Of a DNA stretch of 64,000 nt, positions 39,901-48,690 are shown piece by piece. Source of the DNA: a virus. Its lineage: Duplodnaviria > Heunggongvirae > Uroviricota > Caudoviricetes. Both the position numbers and the translations under genes were made by a program. Under the pieces are notes generated by a model. The model was not told the DNA's origin, searched no databases, and saw only the letters and a list, made by a program, of their open reading frames with translations. The stretch is taken from the IMG/VR virus record IMGVR_UViG_2671181136_000006; one strand, given 5' to 3'. The first letter of the stretch is position 1. Each line of letters begins with the position of its first letter.

Positions 39901-40504
39901 TCAATGCGCTGGCGACTTTCATCGCCCGGACGTTAATCTGGTCGTAGAATGGGGTAGGGTGCGGATAAACCACACTATAGAAGTTGTCTTTTCCACCCGC
40001 TGTAATCAGTGTGCTTATGATTTTTGCAAAATCGTTGCGTTGGAACACGCTACCGATGTCGGAAGTAAGCAGGATGATGTTGCCTTTGGCATATGTAGAA
40101 ACCAACTGTTCGAGCGAGAGACGCGGTACAAAGTAGAACTGTTCTCGTGTGTTGGCCGCCGTCATTAGTTCGCAGATGTCGCGATATCCTTTCTCATTTT
40201 TAATTAGAGCGGTAAACGAGTAGTTACGTCCTCGCTCTAATGATTCCATACATCTCATAGATTCTTTAGCAAGTTTAGCCCGGTGCTCGTATGTGGGATC
40301 ATCAACAATGTTTAGTTTCACACCACAAATAACCGCCATGTCGTCACCAGCGGCACGTTGTAGTGGAATAACGCTCGCAATATTCATGCTATCTGCTGAA
40401 ATTACAGCGGTGTAGCCAGCTTCTCTGGCAATCTTCACCGCGTTTTCTGCTTTTAGAGCCGACTCCCCAAGTGAGAAGTCAGTTCGAACCATCAGTGCCT
40501 TCAT
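36986..40504 (-). CDS. dnaE: DNA polymerase III alpha subunit (DnaE family, PHP domain N-terminal)
   Basis: 1172 aa; N-terminal PHP domain pattern, central polymerase core and GxGRGSSAGSLV-type motifs typical of bacterial replicative pol C family. Confidence 0.9.
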   Translation of the reverse strand: MKALMVRTDFSLGESALKAENAVKIAREAGYTAVISADSMNIASVIPLQRAAGDDMAVICGVKLNIVDDPTYEHRAKLAKESMRCMESLERGRNYSFTALIKNEKGYRDICELMTAANTREQFYFVPRLSLEQLVSTYAKGNIILLTSDIGSVFQRNDFAKIISTLITAGGKDNFYSVVYPHPTPFYDQINVRAMKVASALKIEPVAFYPAYYESIDDADIKDIAHMVTNNIKIDQPHRLRIPHQRDNAVNGRRHLLEALKAFSVRMDVPVTAAMASTTQDTIIDACTWRWHELPPALPKMADDEPATLMKLAVAGLRKRLTTKEFGYTPPASENRVYVERLKYEMDTLTRLGFCGYFLMVRDLMNHSRETGIPVGPGRGSSAGSLVAWCIGITNVDPIRHGLLFERFINPERLDLPDADLDFSQARRHEVIEYLNERYGEDYVAGIPNFTYLGAASALRDTARIYGVESADMAVSKELKNVEDDSLPLEELREQLASLDKYATKYPDAFNAACKLQSLMRGFGRHAAGMIVAGVPLTERTPVERRGDARCIAFDKRYCEAMGLIKLDVLGLATLDLLDSAKRYIKENTGEDINLDAISLEDRKVLDGFAAGYTQGVFQLESGPMRKLLKDLGGGIEPMSFKTVVATTALFRPGPIQSGMLDDYVSVAKGFMTPESLHPVLDELTAETNGVILYQEQTMNATRLLAGFTMAEADGVRKAIGKKDMEKMKSMGEKFIVQAQAGWIDVELEDGTTQRIHRAEHFKCEDGTLKTVEEALEYGAKLPINAVRVTASHPGLSEMKAKEIWTAFEKNGAYQFNKSHSVAYSLISYQSMWLKTHYPAEFFAAALTILGEDKHQGLVKDALTYGIRVLPPDVNVSSNRIEIRTLEDGSQVLYAPFSAVKGCSENGCQAIMRAREKVGGKFESLAQFEEAVEKRACNSRVRESLQKVGAFASIEPGSLPATDPERLRDQAELMGNLVIDAVKASRPFEMNPKRSAEINVLMTRMAAEMGLGDELIRPSIGIKPKIMIILDNANGNDARTGYFMENGYDDFKAKLLTAGDLRMGDLYVTGVCKKVKDKEKDYTKDEIGQFTDFMREEINLVRPTYVLTCGSRATSLFNNKNKPSDLVGRKEYLPDLDVTVFYGFNPNILYFRPEEGERLEAILADVAETIKS

Positions 40505-40682
40505 GTGTTTTTACCTTTCTGGTTTTTTTGATTTTGTCATTGGGGAAGCCTACGAACTTCCCATGCATCGAAATCGCAACTTCTTTTGCTGATTGGTGAC
40601 AATCGGGCTTGTCTGGACACACCAGACAAGCCTTACCAGTTTCAGAAGCAGCGATAAGAGAGCCGAAACATCCTTTACGCAC
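40479..40682 (-). CDS. small Cys-rich hypothetical protein
   Basis: 67-aa ORF with CLVCPDKPDC. Confidence 0.25.
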   Translation of the reverse strand: MRKGCFGSLIAASETGKACLVCPDKPDCHQSAKEVAISMHGKFVGFPNDKIKKTRKVKTHEGTDGSN

Positions 40683-40684
40683 GA

Positions 40685-41920
40685 TTAACCAAATATTTTT
40701 TGAACAACTTCACGAGCCGCTTGTGCAGAAGCTGAAGGGAGTTTGTTAATGAAAGAACGCTCAATACCTGTCACAAAGTCGCCTCGCATCATTCCAATCT
40801 TGGCCGACAACAAAAGTTCACGAGGGCCAATTGGCTGACTAATGAGGTGTTCTTCGTATCCATCGCGAACGATACCGGCAAACTTAACCATCTTTTCAGC
40901 GTATTCATCCACGATGCCTGCATTTGTCAGCATGTTGATCTCTGCGTCTTTGCTCATGTATTTCACATTCGAAACGATGCCAAAACGCGAAAAGTTCGCG
41001 GCGTTCTGGATGTTTGTACCCTGGTACAAGCCGGTTTCATCACCAGATCCGTTCGTGTTGCCAGTGCCAATGAAAGCAAACCGTTCATGCGGAGTAATGC
41101 GACGCCATTCTGGAGTTGCCTCTTTGATGACCAACGCTTCACCTTCCAGCACTGGCTGATACACGCCAAGAATTTGTGGAAACGCAAAGTCGTATTCATC
41201 CGCGAGGTAAACCCAGCCATGCTTCATTGCGAGCGCAAGCAAGCCAGGTTCGAAATACGTAGAGCCATCACGCGCCAGAATTTGCCCCGTAACATGTGCC
41301 TCTTCCATTGATGCTGTATGTTGGGCACGGATCAACGGACGATTGAGCAAAGCACATAGCTGTGTAGGCAATGACGATTTGCCTGTTCCTGCATGACCCC
41401 ACAAATAGCCAGGTATGCCAAGTTCAAGCATCATGAAAATATCTTTGATCAGTTCGAAGTCGCCATATACGTAGCCTTTCTTCACTTCGGGAACGAACTC
41501 TGGATACGGCGTATTGACGTTGACGCTAACCATGAGCGGCGTCCCACGTTTTGTTCCGAGTTCTTCCACCGTTACGTTTAGCAGTTCGTGAGCTGCGACC
41601 AGATCTGTCTTGTACTCAACTGTGCCTGTGTAGCCAGGGCTACTGGTCAAGCCAGAAGATTTGGCCATTTCGCTTTTTTGCTCGGCACGTTTAGCTTGAA
41701 TTGCATCAAGTGCCTTTTTCGATAGCGTTGGTTCATCTGGAAACTGCGTTGTGTACATTTTCAGTACGGTGTCAGGATCGGCATCTTTTACTGACTCAGG
41801 AATGCCCTCGCAATTACCATTGGCTACATGGGACTTAAAATAGTGAAATGATTTGCCGCACCACTTGCAAACAAGGTAATCAGAAGGATTTTTTTCATTT
41901 TGCAGTGCAGTAGTCGTCAT
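40685..41920 (-). CDS. CobS-like AAA+ ATPase (MoxR family)
   Basis: Walker A GHAGTGKSS, N-terminal Cys cluster; paired with downstream vWA protein. Confidence 0.65.
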   Translation of the reverse strand: MTTTALQNEKNPSDYLVCKWCGKSFHYFKSHVANGNCEGIPESVKDADPDTVLKMYTTQFPDEPTLSKKALDAIQAKRAEQKSEMAKSSGLTSSPGYTGTVEYKTDLVAAHELLNVTVEELGTKRGTPLMVSVNVNTPYPEFVPEVKKGYVYGDFELIKDIFMMLELGIPGYLWGHAGTGKSSLPTQLCALLNRPLIRAQHTASMEEAHVTGQILARDGSTYFEPGLLALAMKHGWVYLADEYDFAFPQILGVYQPVLEGEALVIKEATPEWRRITPHERFAFIGTGNTNGSGDETGLYQGTNIQNAANFSRFGIVSNVKYMSKDAEINMLTNAGIVDEYAEKMVKFAGIVRDGYEEHLISQPIGPRELLLSAKIGMMRGDFVTGIERSFINKLPSASAQAAREVVQKIFG

Positions 41921-42015
41921 GCGTTTTTCCTTTGTTCTCTAATGAGCGTTCAACTTCTTATATAAATATATCATCATCTATCGTAAGTGGTTACTTATCA
42001 TTAAGGCTGTTTTGT

Positions 42016-44124
42016 TCACTTTAAAATGATACGAGATAGTTCAGTAACTACAGATGAACCAAGACTATCAACGCTCGTTACCAGGGCATGATTTGAGTAA
42101 AATCTCTCCGGTGCGTCAGTCATGATGCCAATTGCCATCAAATCAATATCAGTCTGCGTTTCAATTTGCTTCGCAACTGAACGCAAATGAGCGTCAAAAC
42201 CTCTCCCAACAGCCCACGGCGCGCCATCACTCAGAACAAGCATGATCTTCCTGTCCTCCAAGCGACCGGAAAATAACGATGCAAGGCTGGCTATGCTTTC
42301 ACCATCCACGTTATTAAGAAGTGGGAATGTGTAGCCTACGCACCCCATACGTGAGCGAACTTCGCGAGAATTTACCTTTTCATTCCAATTTTTGATGATA
42401 GGTAGCATTAAAGATTCAAAGCGAGAGAACTCATACTTGACAGCCTTAAGTTCTCCTGCCGCCATATGACTACCAAATGTAGTGAAGCCGGTGATAATGT
42501 TGGGAACATTTATTCGATCAAGGGCATCGGCGATGGTATATGCACTTGCAAGAGCCAATTGTATCGTTATACCACTCATTGAACCTGATAAATCAATCAC
42601 TTGTTGAACACAGGCGTTAACGGCTTTAGATTCTTCTTTTTTACGAAACACGCGAGCATCATTCATTGCTAATCTGTAGATACTAGAACCATGAATGCGC
42701 CCCCGACGCTGGCCCGGTATAAACTGAACTCTGTTTCTGCTTGCTATTGCTCGCTCCAGGTCTTTTGCCAGCGTCGACGAAACACCTGACGAAAGATGCT
42801 TTTCAATATATTTGTCGAAGAGCTGGTTGCCTTCAGGAACGATGCGATAGCGGCTGATTGGATATCCTCCCAAATCAATATCGGAGAATGTTTTAATAAG
42901 CCGTTTGATATGGGCTTCTGCCTGATCAATCGAGCCGATGAAGTCGTATGAGCGATTGTATGGCCTGTATTCGCTTTTCGAGCTTTCTGTTAACTCGCTT
43001 TTAATCGTTTCGGATAGCGCATCTTCTGTCATGCCTCCGACTTCATCTTCCATGCTATCCAACTCCTCTAAAGCCTCTTCCAGACTCATTTTTGACGGAG
43101 TTGGGATATCTGAAGAGCCGTCTTCTGTCGTTTTTCTTTTTTCGTGGTCAGCGGTTAATGATTCTGACGCCGCGTTATCAGAAGCATCAGAATCTGATAC
43201 CTCTTTATCATTTTCTGTATCATCGAATATTGTTTCTGATGATTCAGAATTATCTGAATCATCACTGTCGTTATTATCATGTTTGTGCTTACTGTGTGAT
43301 TCTGATTTGATAGATTTGTGATTATCTAACACTGAGGGTGTCTCATGATCTTCGTTGTCTTCACTGTTTTCTCCAGAGGCATCCGTCTGGTCAGCGTCTG
43401 AAGGATCGGAAGTTTTTCCCGGAGCTGACTCCTTACCTTTGCTTTCACTTTCAGTGTCTTTGAGGATCTTAGCTATGGTCGCAGCCACCTTTACACAATC
43501 CTCGGTGCAAGACATGTTACGCACGGCCACATCGATACCATGTTCTTTTAATAATGAAATTGGTTTCTCAATGACAGGCCAATATTCATCCATGAAATCT
43601 ACGAACGGTGCTTGGCCATCCCAGGCTCTTACAACCGGACAGAGAAAGAAGTTTAGAAAAAGCGCGCGCTGATCTTTGCCACAATAAGCAATAGCCTCTG
43701 AAGCCTTTGGTTTAAAGACTTTTTCGATTATAAGGCGCTGAGTTGCCATCAGATTACGTCTTGTTCCGTTAAAGACCTGACCCATTTTTCGCTCGATGAA
43801 CACGTCTTCTAAGGCATTCCATAGCGACCAGGAAGGAACGCGTCCTTTTTCTCTCATTTTGTTGGACACACGAATATCGGTAAACAAAATGTGAGCAACC
43901 TCATGATCGAGAAATCCGCGCACAGCATTCATCAATGCCGGTGTTGCGTTATCCGGGATTGATGGGATGTTTACGAGAATTGGCTCTCCATCATCGTTAT
44001 AGCGAACATAAGCGTCGTCCCCTCGTTCTGCAACAGGGATGTTTTTACCTGAAAGGAGAGCGACTACTCGTTTTACACTGTCACGGAAGTCCTGAACCTC
44101 TTTGATGGAACGTTTTTTAGACAT
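42016..44124 (-). CDS. CobT-like protein with acidic low-complexity region and C-terminal vWA domain
   Basis: D/E/S-rich stretch (about aa 230-340), vWA MIDAS-like DLSGSMSG. Confidence 0.6.
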   Translation of the reverse strand: MSKKRSIKEVQDFRDSVKRVVALLSGKNIPVAERGDDAYVRYNDDGEPILVNIPSIPDNATPALMNAVRGFLDHEVAHILFTDIRVSNKMREKGRVPSWSLWNALEDVFIERKMGQVFNGTRRNLMATQRLIIEKVFKPKASEAIAYCGKDQRALFLNFFLCPVVRAWDGQAPFVDFMDEYWPVIEKPISLLKEHGIDVAVRNMSCTEDCVKVAATIAKILKDTESESKGKESAPGKTSDPSDADQTDASGENSEDNEDHETPSVLDNHKSIKSESHSKHKHDNNDSDDSDNSESSETIFDDTENDKEVSDSDASDNAASESLTADHEKRKTTEDGSSDIPTPSKMSLEEALEELDSMEDEVGGMTEDALSETIKSELTESSKSEYRPYNRSYDFIGSIDQAEAHIKRLIKTFSDIDLGGYPISRYRIVPEGNQLFDKYIEKHLSSGVSSTLAKDLERAIASRNRVQFIPGQRRGRIHGSSIYRLAMNDARVFRKKEESKAVNACVQQVIDLSGSMSGITIQLALASAYTIADALDRINVPNIITGFTTFGSHMAAGELKAVKYEFSRFESLMLPIIKNWNEKVNSREVRSRMGCVGYTFPLLNNVDGESIASLASLFSGRLEDRKIMLVLSDGAPWAVGRGFDAHLRSVAKQIETQTDIDLMAIGIMTDAPERFYSNHALVTSVDSLGSSVVTELSRIILK

Positions 44125-44222
44125 GGCTAATCCTTTGTTATGAAAACAAATTATTTACTAGTGTGTTTAATGTAGCACTGCGCGAACAGGGAACTAAGCC
44201 ATTCGCGCAGGGAGAAGAGGGG

Positions 44223-44435
44223 TTAACAGATTCTGACGGCTAAAGACCCGGAGCCGGTATTGAGAAGCGTGAAGCGTTTGTTGTTAAATTCGAATATAAA
44301 GCCAGTTGTGTCATTCACACCAACCTGAATCTGCTCATTCGGTAGATCGGTGAGGATGTCAGCTACACACTCATCAGCTAATTTCTGTACGTGTCCGATC
44401 TCAAGAGCGATTAGGCTGGAAATAGTGGTGTTCAT
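44223..44435 (-). CDS. hypothetical protein
   Basis: 70-aa ORF. Confidence 0.3.
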   Translation of the reverse strand: MNTTISSLIALEIGHVQKLADECVADILTDLPNEQIQVGVNDTTGFIFEFNNKRFTLLNTGSGSLAVRIC

Positions 44436-44612
44436 TCAATCAATCCATTCTAACTTATACTATGGTAAGGAATACTACTAAAATTTATATCAATACTGAA
44501 TACATTCATATCATATACAAGTTAATTTTCTTACCTGTTTTGGGCTAATTTTTCTCCGTGCAATGGCCTTTAACCGGTCTTTTAAGTGCCTATCGAAAAA
44601 AATGATAATAGC

Positions 44613-44657
44613 TTTACAACCCTAACCTTTGATGTAATATCGGTAAGCACTTACCAG
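44613..44657 (+). promoter_or_regulatory. sigma70-like promoter (TTTACA-16-TAATAT) with palindromic operator CGGTAAGCACTTACCAG just downstream
   Basis: -35 at 44613-44618, -10 at 44635-44640, palindrome 44641-44657 belongs to the dispersed GGTAAG..CTTACC family. Confidence 0.55.
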
Positions 44658-44686
44658 TGAGAATTGAACGCGCAAAGGTTGTAACA

Positions 44687-45073
44687 ATGTCTGACAACAA
44701 GATTGAATTTATAGAAAGTCGCTATGCTGCTTTTATCGCAGGGCTGATTGAATCCTCACCTATGAGTCAGGCCCAAATAGCCAGACTTATTGGTTATAAA
44801 AATGCCAACAACCTTTCTTTAATTAAAAGTGGCAAAATTCCTTTGCCTATCGATAAGGTTCGTCCGTTGGCGCTGGCGCTGGGTATTGAGCCAAGTCGTC
44901 TTATGATGATGGTGCTGGAAGAACGCCAACCTGAACTCGCAGCATTTTTATACAAAGAAGGCACCGCTCCTCTTAACGAGGACGAAAAACAGGTTCTTGC
45001 TGCATATAACGAGCGATTCGGTAAAGAGAAAGGCGCATCACAAAAGGTTGTTGAGGCTATAAAGTCTCTATGA
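44687..45073 (+). CDS. HTH DNA-binding protein (XRE-like), candidate repressor
   Basis: SQAQIARLIGYKNANNLSLIKSG helix-turn-helix pattern; start set to MSDNK (ORF track starts 44657). Confidence 0.5.
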   Translation: MSDNKIEFIESRYAAFIAGLIESSPMSQAQIARLIGYKNANNLSLIKSGKIPLPIDKVRPLALALGIEPSRLMMMVLEERQPELAAFLYKEGTAPLNEDEKQVLAAYNERFGKEKGASQKVVEAIKSL

Positions 45074-46171
45074 AAAATTTACACGAATAAGCTCTGTTGA
45101 TAGACGATCTCCCTTGAATTTGTGGTCAATTTCGTCTAAATCCGGTTGCTCTACGATTGATGCGATGTACGTCGAGAAACTTTCTAAGGCGTCTCGCATC
45201 TCGTCCATATAATCGTGCCGGTCGTAGACTCGATCTATCCCCTCAAGACTGTGGTTCATGATTTTGCGTGATACCTCCTGGCTTATGCCTAATGCTGGGA
45301 AGTAACTACGCGCAGTACGGCGCAAGTCTCGGGGTGTAAATGGCTCAAGCTCCATCAGTTCTGGTCGTTCCAGAATACGACGTAATGCCTGGGCTATTGC
45401 CACTTTAGACATAGGAAGGTCTTTCCCGATTTTTTTATTCGAAGGCACGAGCCACTGGCTGCCTTTACCGTATTCGAACAACTCTTCAATACATGTGCGC
45501 ATTAATGTGCTTAAAGGCAGCGAATGCTCACGGGCAGATTTGTTCCTCTTGCCTTGATTCCAAACCCCACGCTTAAGATTGAACTCACTTTTTTTAGCCC
45601 GCAGTACTTCGTCAGGTCGTCTTGCGGATACAAGACACAGCCTGGCCGCCCATTTTGTACCAGCGCACACATTGAAGTAGTCCCATATATTCCAGAACAC
45701 CCATACCTCTGCGTCGGTCAGCTTCCGCTCGCGAGGTGTGGGCTTTGCGCCACCGGCAACTTTGTTTAGTGACATATCGTTTAACGGTGACACGTCTATC
45801 ATCCCCTGGAAGGCGCACCAGCTAAGGAACTGCTTCATCAGAGAGAAAACGCGGCGGCCCATAACAATTTTGCCATCCAGTATTAGTGGGTTGACCAGTT
45901 GGTTCACCATGAACCTATTAATGTCACTTACTTTTACATCGGCAATGTGCGGCAAAACATGTATCAAAATACAATGAACAGCGATCTCTGGCCGACGTCT
46001 GGTTATCAGCAGAGATAAGCGAGTGAATAACATGAATGCGTCCGAGAATCTCATGTCATTGCTGACCTGGGAGATCATAACGGCCTGCATTTGAGATGCT
46101 CTTTCGAGATACTCAATCGCCTCTTTTGAGGTGTTCTCCGCAGCGCGTGCTCTGTCAAAGCTATTTTTCAT
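45068..46171 (-). CDS. tyrosine site-specific recombinase (integrase/resolvase family)
   Basis: C-terminal catalytic pattern R...H..R...Y (RDLRRTARS; HSLEGIDRVYDRHDY). Confidence 0.8.
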   Translation of the reverse strand: MKNSFDRARAAENTSKEAIEYLERASQMQAVMISQVSNDMRFSDAFMLFTRLSLLITRRRPEIAVHCILIHVLPHIADVKVSDINRFMVNQLVNPLILDGKIVMGRRVFSLMKQFLSWCAFQGMIDVSPLNDMSLNKVAGGAKPTPRERKLTDAEVWVFWNIWDYFNVCAGTKWAARLCLVSARRPDEVLRAKKSEFNLKRGVWNQGKRNKSAREHSLPLSTLMRTCIEELFEYGKGSQWLVPSNKKIGKDLPMSKVAIAQALRRILERPELMELEPFTPRDLRRTARSYFPALGISQEVSRKIMNHSLEGIDRVYDRHDYMDEMRDALESFSTYIASIVEQPDLDEIDHKFKGDRLSTELIRVNFS

Positions 46172-46269
46172 ATGACAATCACCGAGTTACGCCGATTCAC
46201 TGTATAAGTAAACAGTATATTAGGCATAGATTCTTATAGGATCAAGAGTAAAAGTAACTCATTTTCACT

Positions 46270-46302
46270 AATGATTCCATACATAGTAGGTATGGAATCA
46301 TT
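46270..46302. other. candidate recombination site: perfect 13-bp inverted repeats AATGATTCCATAC / GTATGGAATCATT around 7-bp spacer ATAGTAG
   Basis: read directly; about 100 bp upstream of recombinase start; arm repeated at 48885 and 49895. Confidence 0.5.
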
Positions 46303-46438
46303 GAGGATGCGTTTTTTGAAATCTACCCTTCGTTCTAGGAGGTAATATTGAAAATCAAAATAATACATAACAATGCATATAAACGTTTGGTAGGGTACAA
46401 TAAGACAACTTATACTAATAAAGAGGGATTCGAGACAG

Positions 46439-46993
46439 ATGCACTTGCATAAGTTGGTTACACCTGGTTTGGCTTCATTGCCGGGTGATCTGTCATATTT
46501 AGATATAGACTTTGTTTTCTCTGGCAATGAAGCTCGTAAGGCTAGATACCGTTTAGTCTTTTGCCCTCCTTCTTTAGATCCTGTTGCCGCAGAAACTATG
46601 CATAATATGTTAGGTGCTGATGTTTATGGGTTGTGTGTATCTGTCGTTAGTTTTGTGGACATGATTCAACTTGACAGGCAGCAAGAACAGCTCCAGAATG
46701 TCGCTCTTGGAGCGGAAGAGCCAATTAACGTATTTGCCAAACCCGAAGGGTCTTTTAATCTTACTTTAGGTGAACTTCAATACCTTTACGGTACTTTAGT
46801 TGACTTAATGCTCAAAGTTGCCGACAATGAAGGCATACAGATTTTATTCTTTGCGGCAGAACGCGAAGAACTGATGGCCACATACAAGAGATATGTGAAG
46901 AGATTTACACAAGAGCGTGGCCTAACTTATTTAAATGACGGAGCTTCCTATGCGATACGAACACAACACTACCCAAAACAAAGGGAAGATTGA
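46439..46993 (+). CDS. hypothetical protein
   Basis: 184-aa ORF after AT-rich region. Confidence 0.4.
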   Translation: MHLHKLVTPGLASLPGDLSYLDIDFVFSGNEARKARYRLVFCPPSLDPVAAETMHNMLGADVYGLCVSVVSFVDMIQLDRQQEQLQNVALGAEEPINVFAKPEGSFNLTLGELQYLYGTLVDLMLKVADNEGIQILFFAAEREELMATYKRYVKRFTQERGLTYLNDGASYAIRTQHYPKQRED

Positions 46994-47113
46994 TTTTAAA
47001 ACTATCCATGCTAGCAAAGTCGAAATGATCAAACGATTCATGACTGCTAAAGCTGAAGCTGAACGCAAGGGTGAAGTGGTCTTTAAGCCACTGTAGTGGT
47101 TAGCTAGAAGTTA

Positions 47114-47140
47114 TGAAAAAGGCCCATATGGGCCTTTTTT
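47114..47140. terminator. bidirectional rho-independent terminator
   Basis: AAAAAGGCCCATATGGGCCTTTTTT between convergent genes. Confidence 0.7.
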
Positions 47141-47177
47141 GTTATATGTACTATATGTACAAAGATGTGGCTTTTAC

Positions 47178-47423
47178 TTATAAGAAACTTACGAAAGATG
47201 CCATCTCTGTGTATCCGCCAATCGGCTGGCCATCGATCAGCACCTGGGGGATAGTCTCTACCGGTTTACCAACAATTTCACTAAGTTTTTCCTTGTCGAT
47301 ACCGGCAGTGGTGATGTCGATGTACTCATAATCACCGTAGCCATGTCCCTTTAGTTGCTTCGCCAGCTCGACTGCACGTTTGCAGTATGAGCAGTTATCT
47401 CGTCCGTAGATAGTGATCGTCAT
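47178..47423 (-). CDS. glutaredoxin
   Basis: 81 aa; CSYC active site, KPVETIPQVLIDGQPIGGYTE matches Grx fold motifs. Confidence 0.85.
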   Translation of the reverse strand: MTITIYGRDNCSYCKRAVELAKQLKGHGYGDYEYIDITTAGIDKEKLSEIVGKPVETIPQVLIDGQPIGGYTEMASFVSFL

Positions 47424-47770
47424 TGCTTTGCCTCATGCCACTTTTGCTTCAGGAGATAGCCTTCCAGGGGCCAGATTTGATCGATAGCATCTTTTCGAGC
47501 GTACTCGCGACCAACATCAAAGTTGAAGATTTCTGGTCTTACGCACGCAGATTTTCCCGTTACGGTATATCCATTTTTGAGAACCATAACGCAGAACGTT
47601 AAGAGTTTTAACGACTCATGACCTTTGTCGATATCTGTTTTTGAATTGTAAACAGAGATGAAGTTATCCCCGTGGCTGGCATCATATGCAGTGAAATAAT
47701 GTTCACTTTGAATGAGTTGTTCAATGTGTTCAGGGGTGACTTTTAGTGGTGTGTTCTCTTTGCTGGTCAT
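47420..47770 (-). CDS. hypothetical protein
   Basis: 116-aa ORF. Confidence 0.4.
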   Translation of the reverse strand: MTSKENTPLKVTPEHIEQLIQSEHYFTAYDASHGDNFISVYNSKTDIDKGHESLKLLTFCVMVLKNGYTVTGKSACVRPEIFNFDVGREYARKDAIDQIWPLEGYLLKQKWHEAKQ

Positions 47771-47811
47771 TATTTCTTCCTACAAAGTTCGTAGACTTGA
47801 CTCTTTCAGTT

Positions 47812-47845
47812 GCAAAAAAGGGGCCGAAGCCCCTTTGAATTTTGC
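47812..47845 (-). terminator. rho-independent terminator downstream of tRNA cluster
   Basis: GGGGCTTCGGCCCC hairpin followed by TTTTTTT on minus strand. Confidence 0.7.
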
Positions 47846-47992
47846 GCTGAAAAAAAAGTGTTGCTAGGATGTTAGCAAGCTATGGTTAAGAACGTCTGCC
47901 GTAATTGTCTATCACAGCGTTGAGCGGTCTGGTTTATGTTAGCGGAGTCTTAATCTGGGTGATTAAAAGGCCAAACCGCTCAACGCTGTGTC

Positions 47993-48079
47993 TGGCGGAG
48001 AGTAATGGAATCGAACCATCATCGCTTGCGCAATGGGACGGTTTTCAAGACCGCTTGAGCACCATGCTCCCTACTCTCC
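47993..48079 (-). tRNA. tRNA-Ser (anticodon TGA), class II with long variable arm
   Basis: manual fold: 7-bp acceptor GGAGAGT/ACTCTCC, anticodon loop CTTGAAA, T-loop TTCGATT, encoded CCA. Confidence 0.75.
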
Positions 48080-48443
48080 GGCCGTTGTGGTGGCCGGTAC
48101 TGAATCTCCGGCATACGGTGCAGCCAATTAGGACTACGGACGATCACCGCTCGCGAAAGGGAAGATTTGCGGCCGCATTTCCCTAACATCCAAGAAAGCT
48201 ATCGCATCAGTCTGCGAATCCACCACAACGGTAAGATCACTACCTTTCGACCAGTCATTGTGCACATGAACGACGATTAACCGTAATGATCTTATCGTTG
48301 TGTTGTGAAGCCAGATGCTTATCTTCTGGTTGCCTCAAAGAGCTGCACTTCCTCACAACGGTAAGAGCACTGGTCTGACTCTATCGATTTACGGGCTTGT
48401 GGGTCAGTATCGCCGATTCGCCCAATGCACTTACCTGTTGTGT

Positions 48444-48519
48444 TGGTGCCGGTTAACGGACTCGAACCGCTGACATCCTGCTTACAAGGCAGACGCTCTA
48501 CCAACTGAGCTAAACCGGC
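48444..48519 (-). tRNA. tRNA-Thr (anticodon TGT)
   Basis: acceptor GCCGGTT/AACCGGC, D-loop AGCTCAGTTGGTAGAGC, anticodon loop CTTGTAA, T-loop GGTTCGAGTCC, CCA. Confidence 0.85.
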
Positions 48520-48523
48520 AATT

Positions 48524-48610
48524 TGGTGGGGAGTGATGGAGTCGAACCACCCGAGTCGCCATGACAGTAGATTTACAGTCTACCCCGCTGCCCCTACGGA
48601 CTAACTCCCC
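48524..48610 (-). tRNA. tRNA-Tyr (anticodon GTA), long variable arm
   Basis: acceptor GGGGAGT/ACTCCCC, anticodon stem GTAGA/TCTAC loop CTGTAAA, T-loop GGTTCGACTCC, CCA. Confidence 0.8.
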
Positions 48611-48615
48611 TAAAT

Positions 48616-48690
48616 TGGCGATGGTGGGTGGATTCGAACCACCGACCAGTTGGTTAACAGCCAACTGCTCTACCGCTGAGCTACACCATC
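48616..48690 (-). tRNA. tRNA-Asn (anticodon GTT)
   Basis: acceptor GATGGTG/CACCATC, anticodon stem GTTGG/CCAAC loop CTGTTAA, T-loop GGTTCGAATCC, CCA. Confidence 0.85.

Noticed and set aside
48088-48112. Fifth tRNA (sequence ending ...GCCGGAGATTCAGTACCGGCCACCA on minus strand)
   Set aside because: I could not fold a complete cloverleaf: no matching 5' acceptor strand and a non-canonical T-loop; kept only as a possible tRNA remnant.
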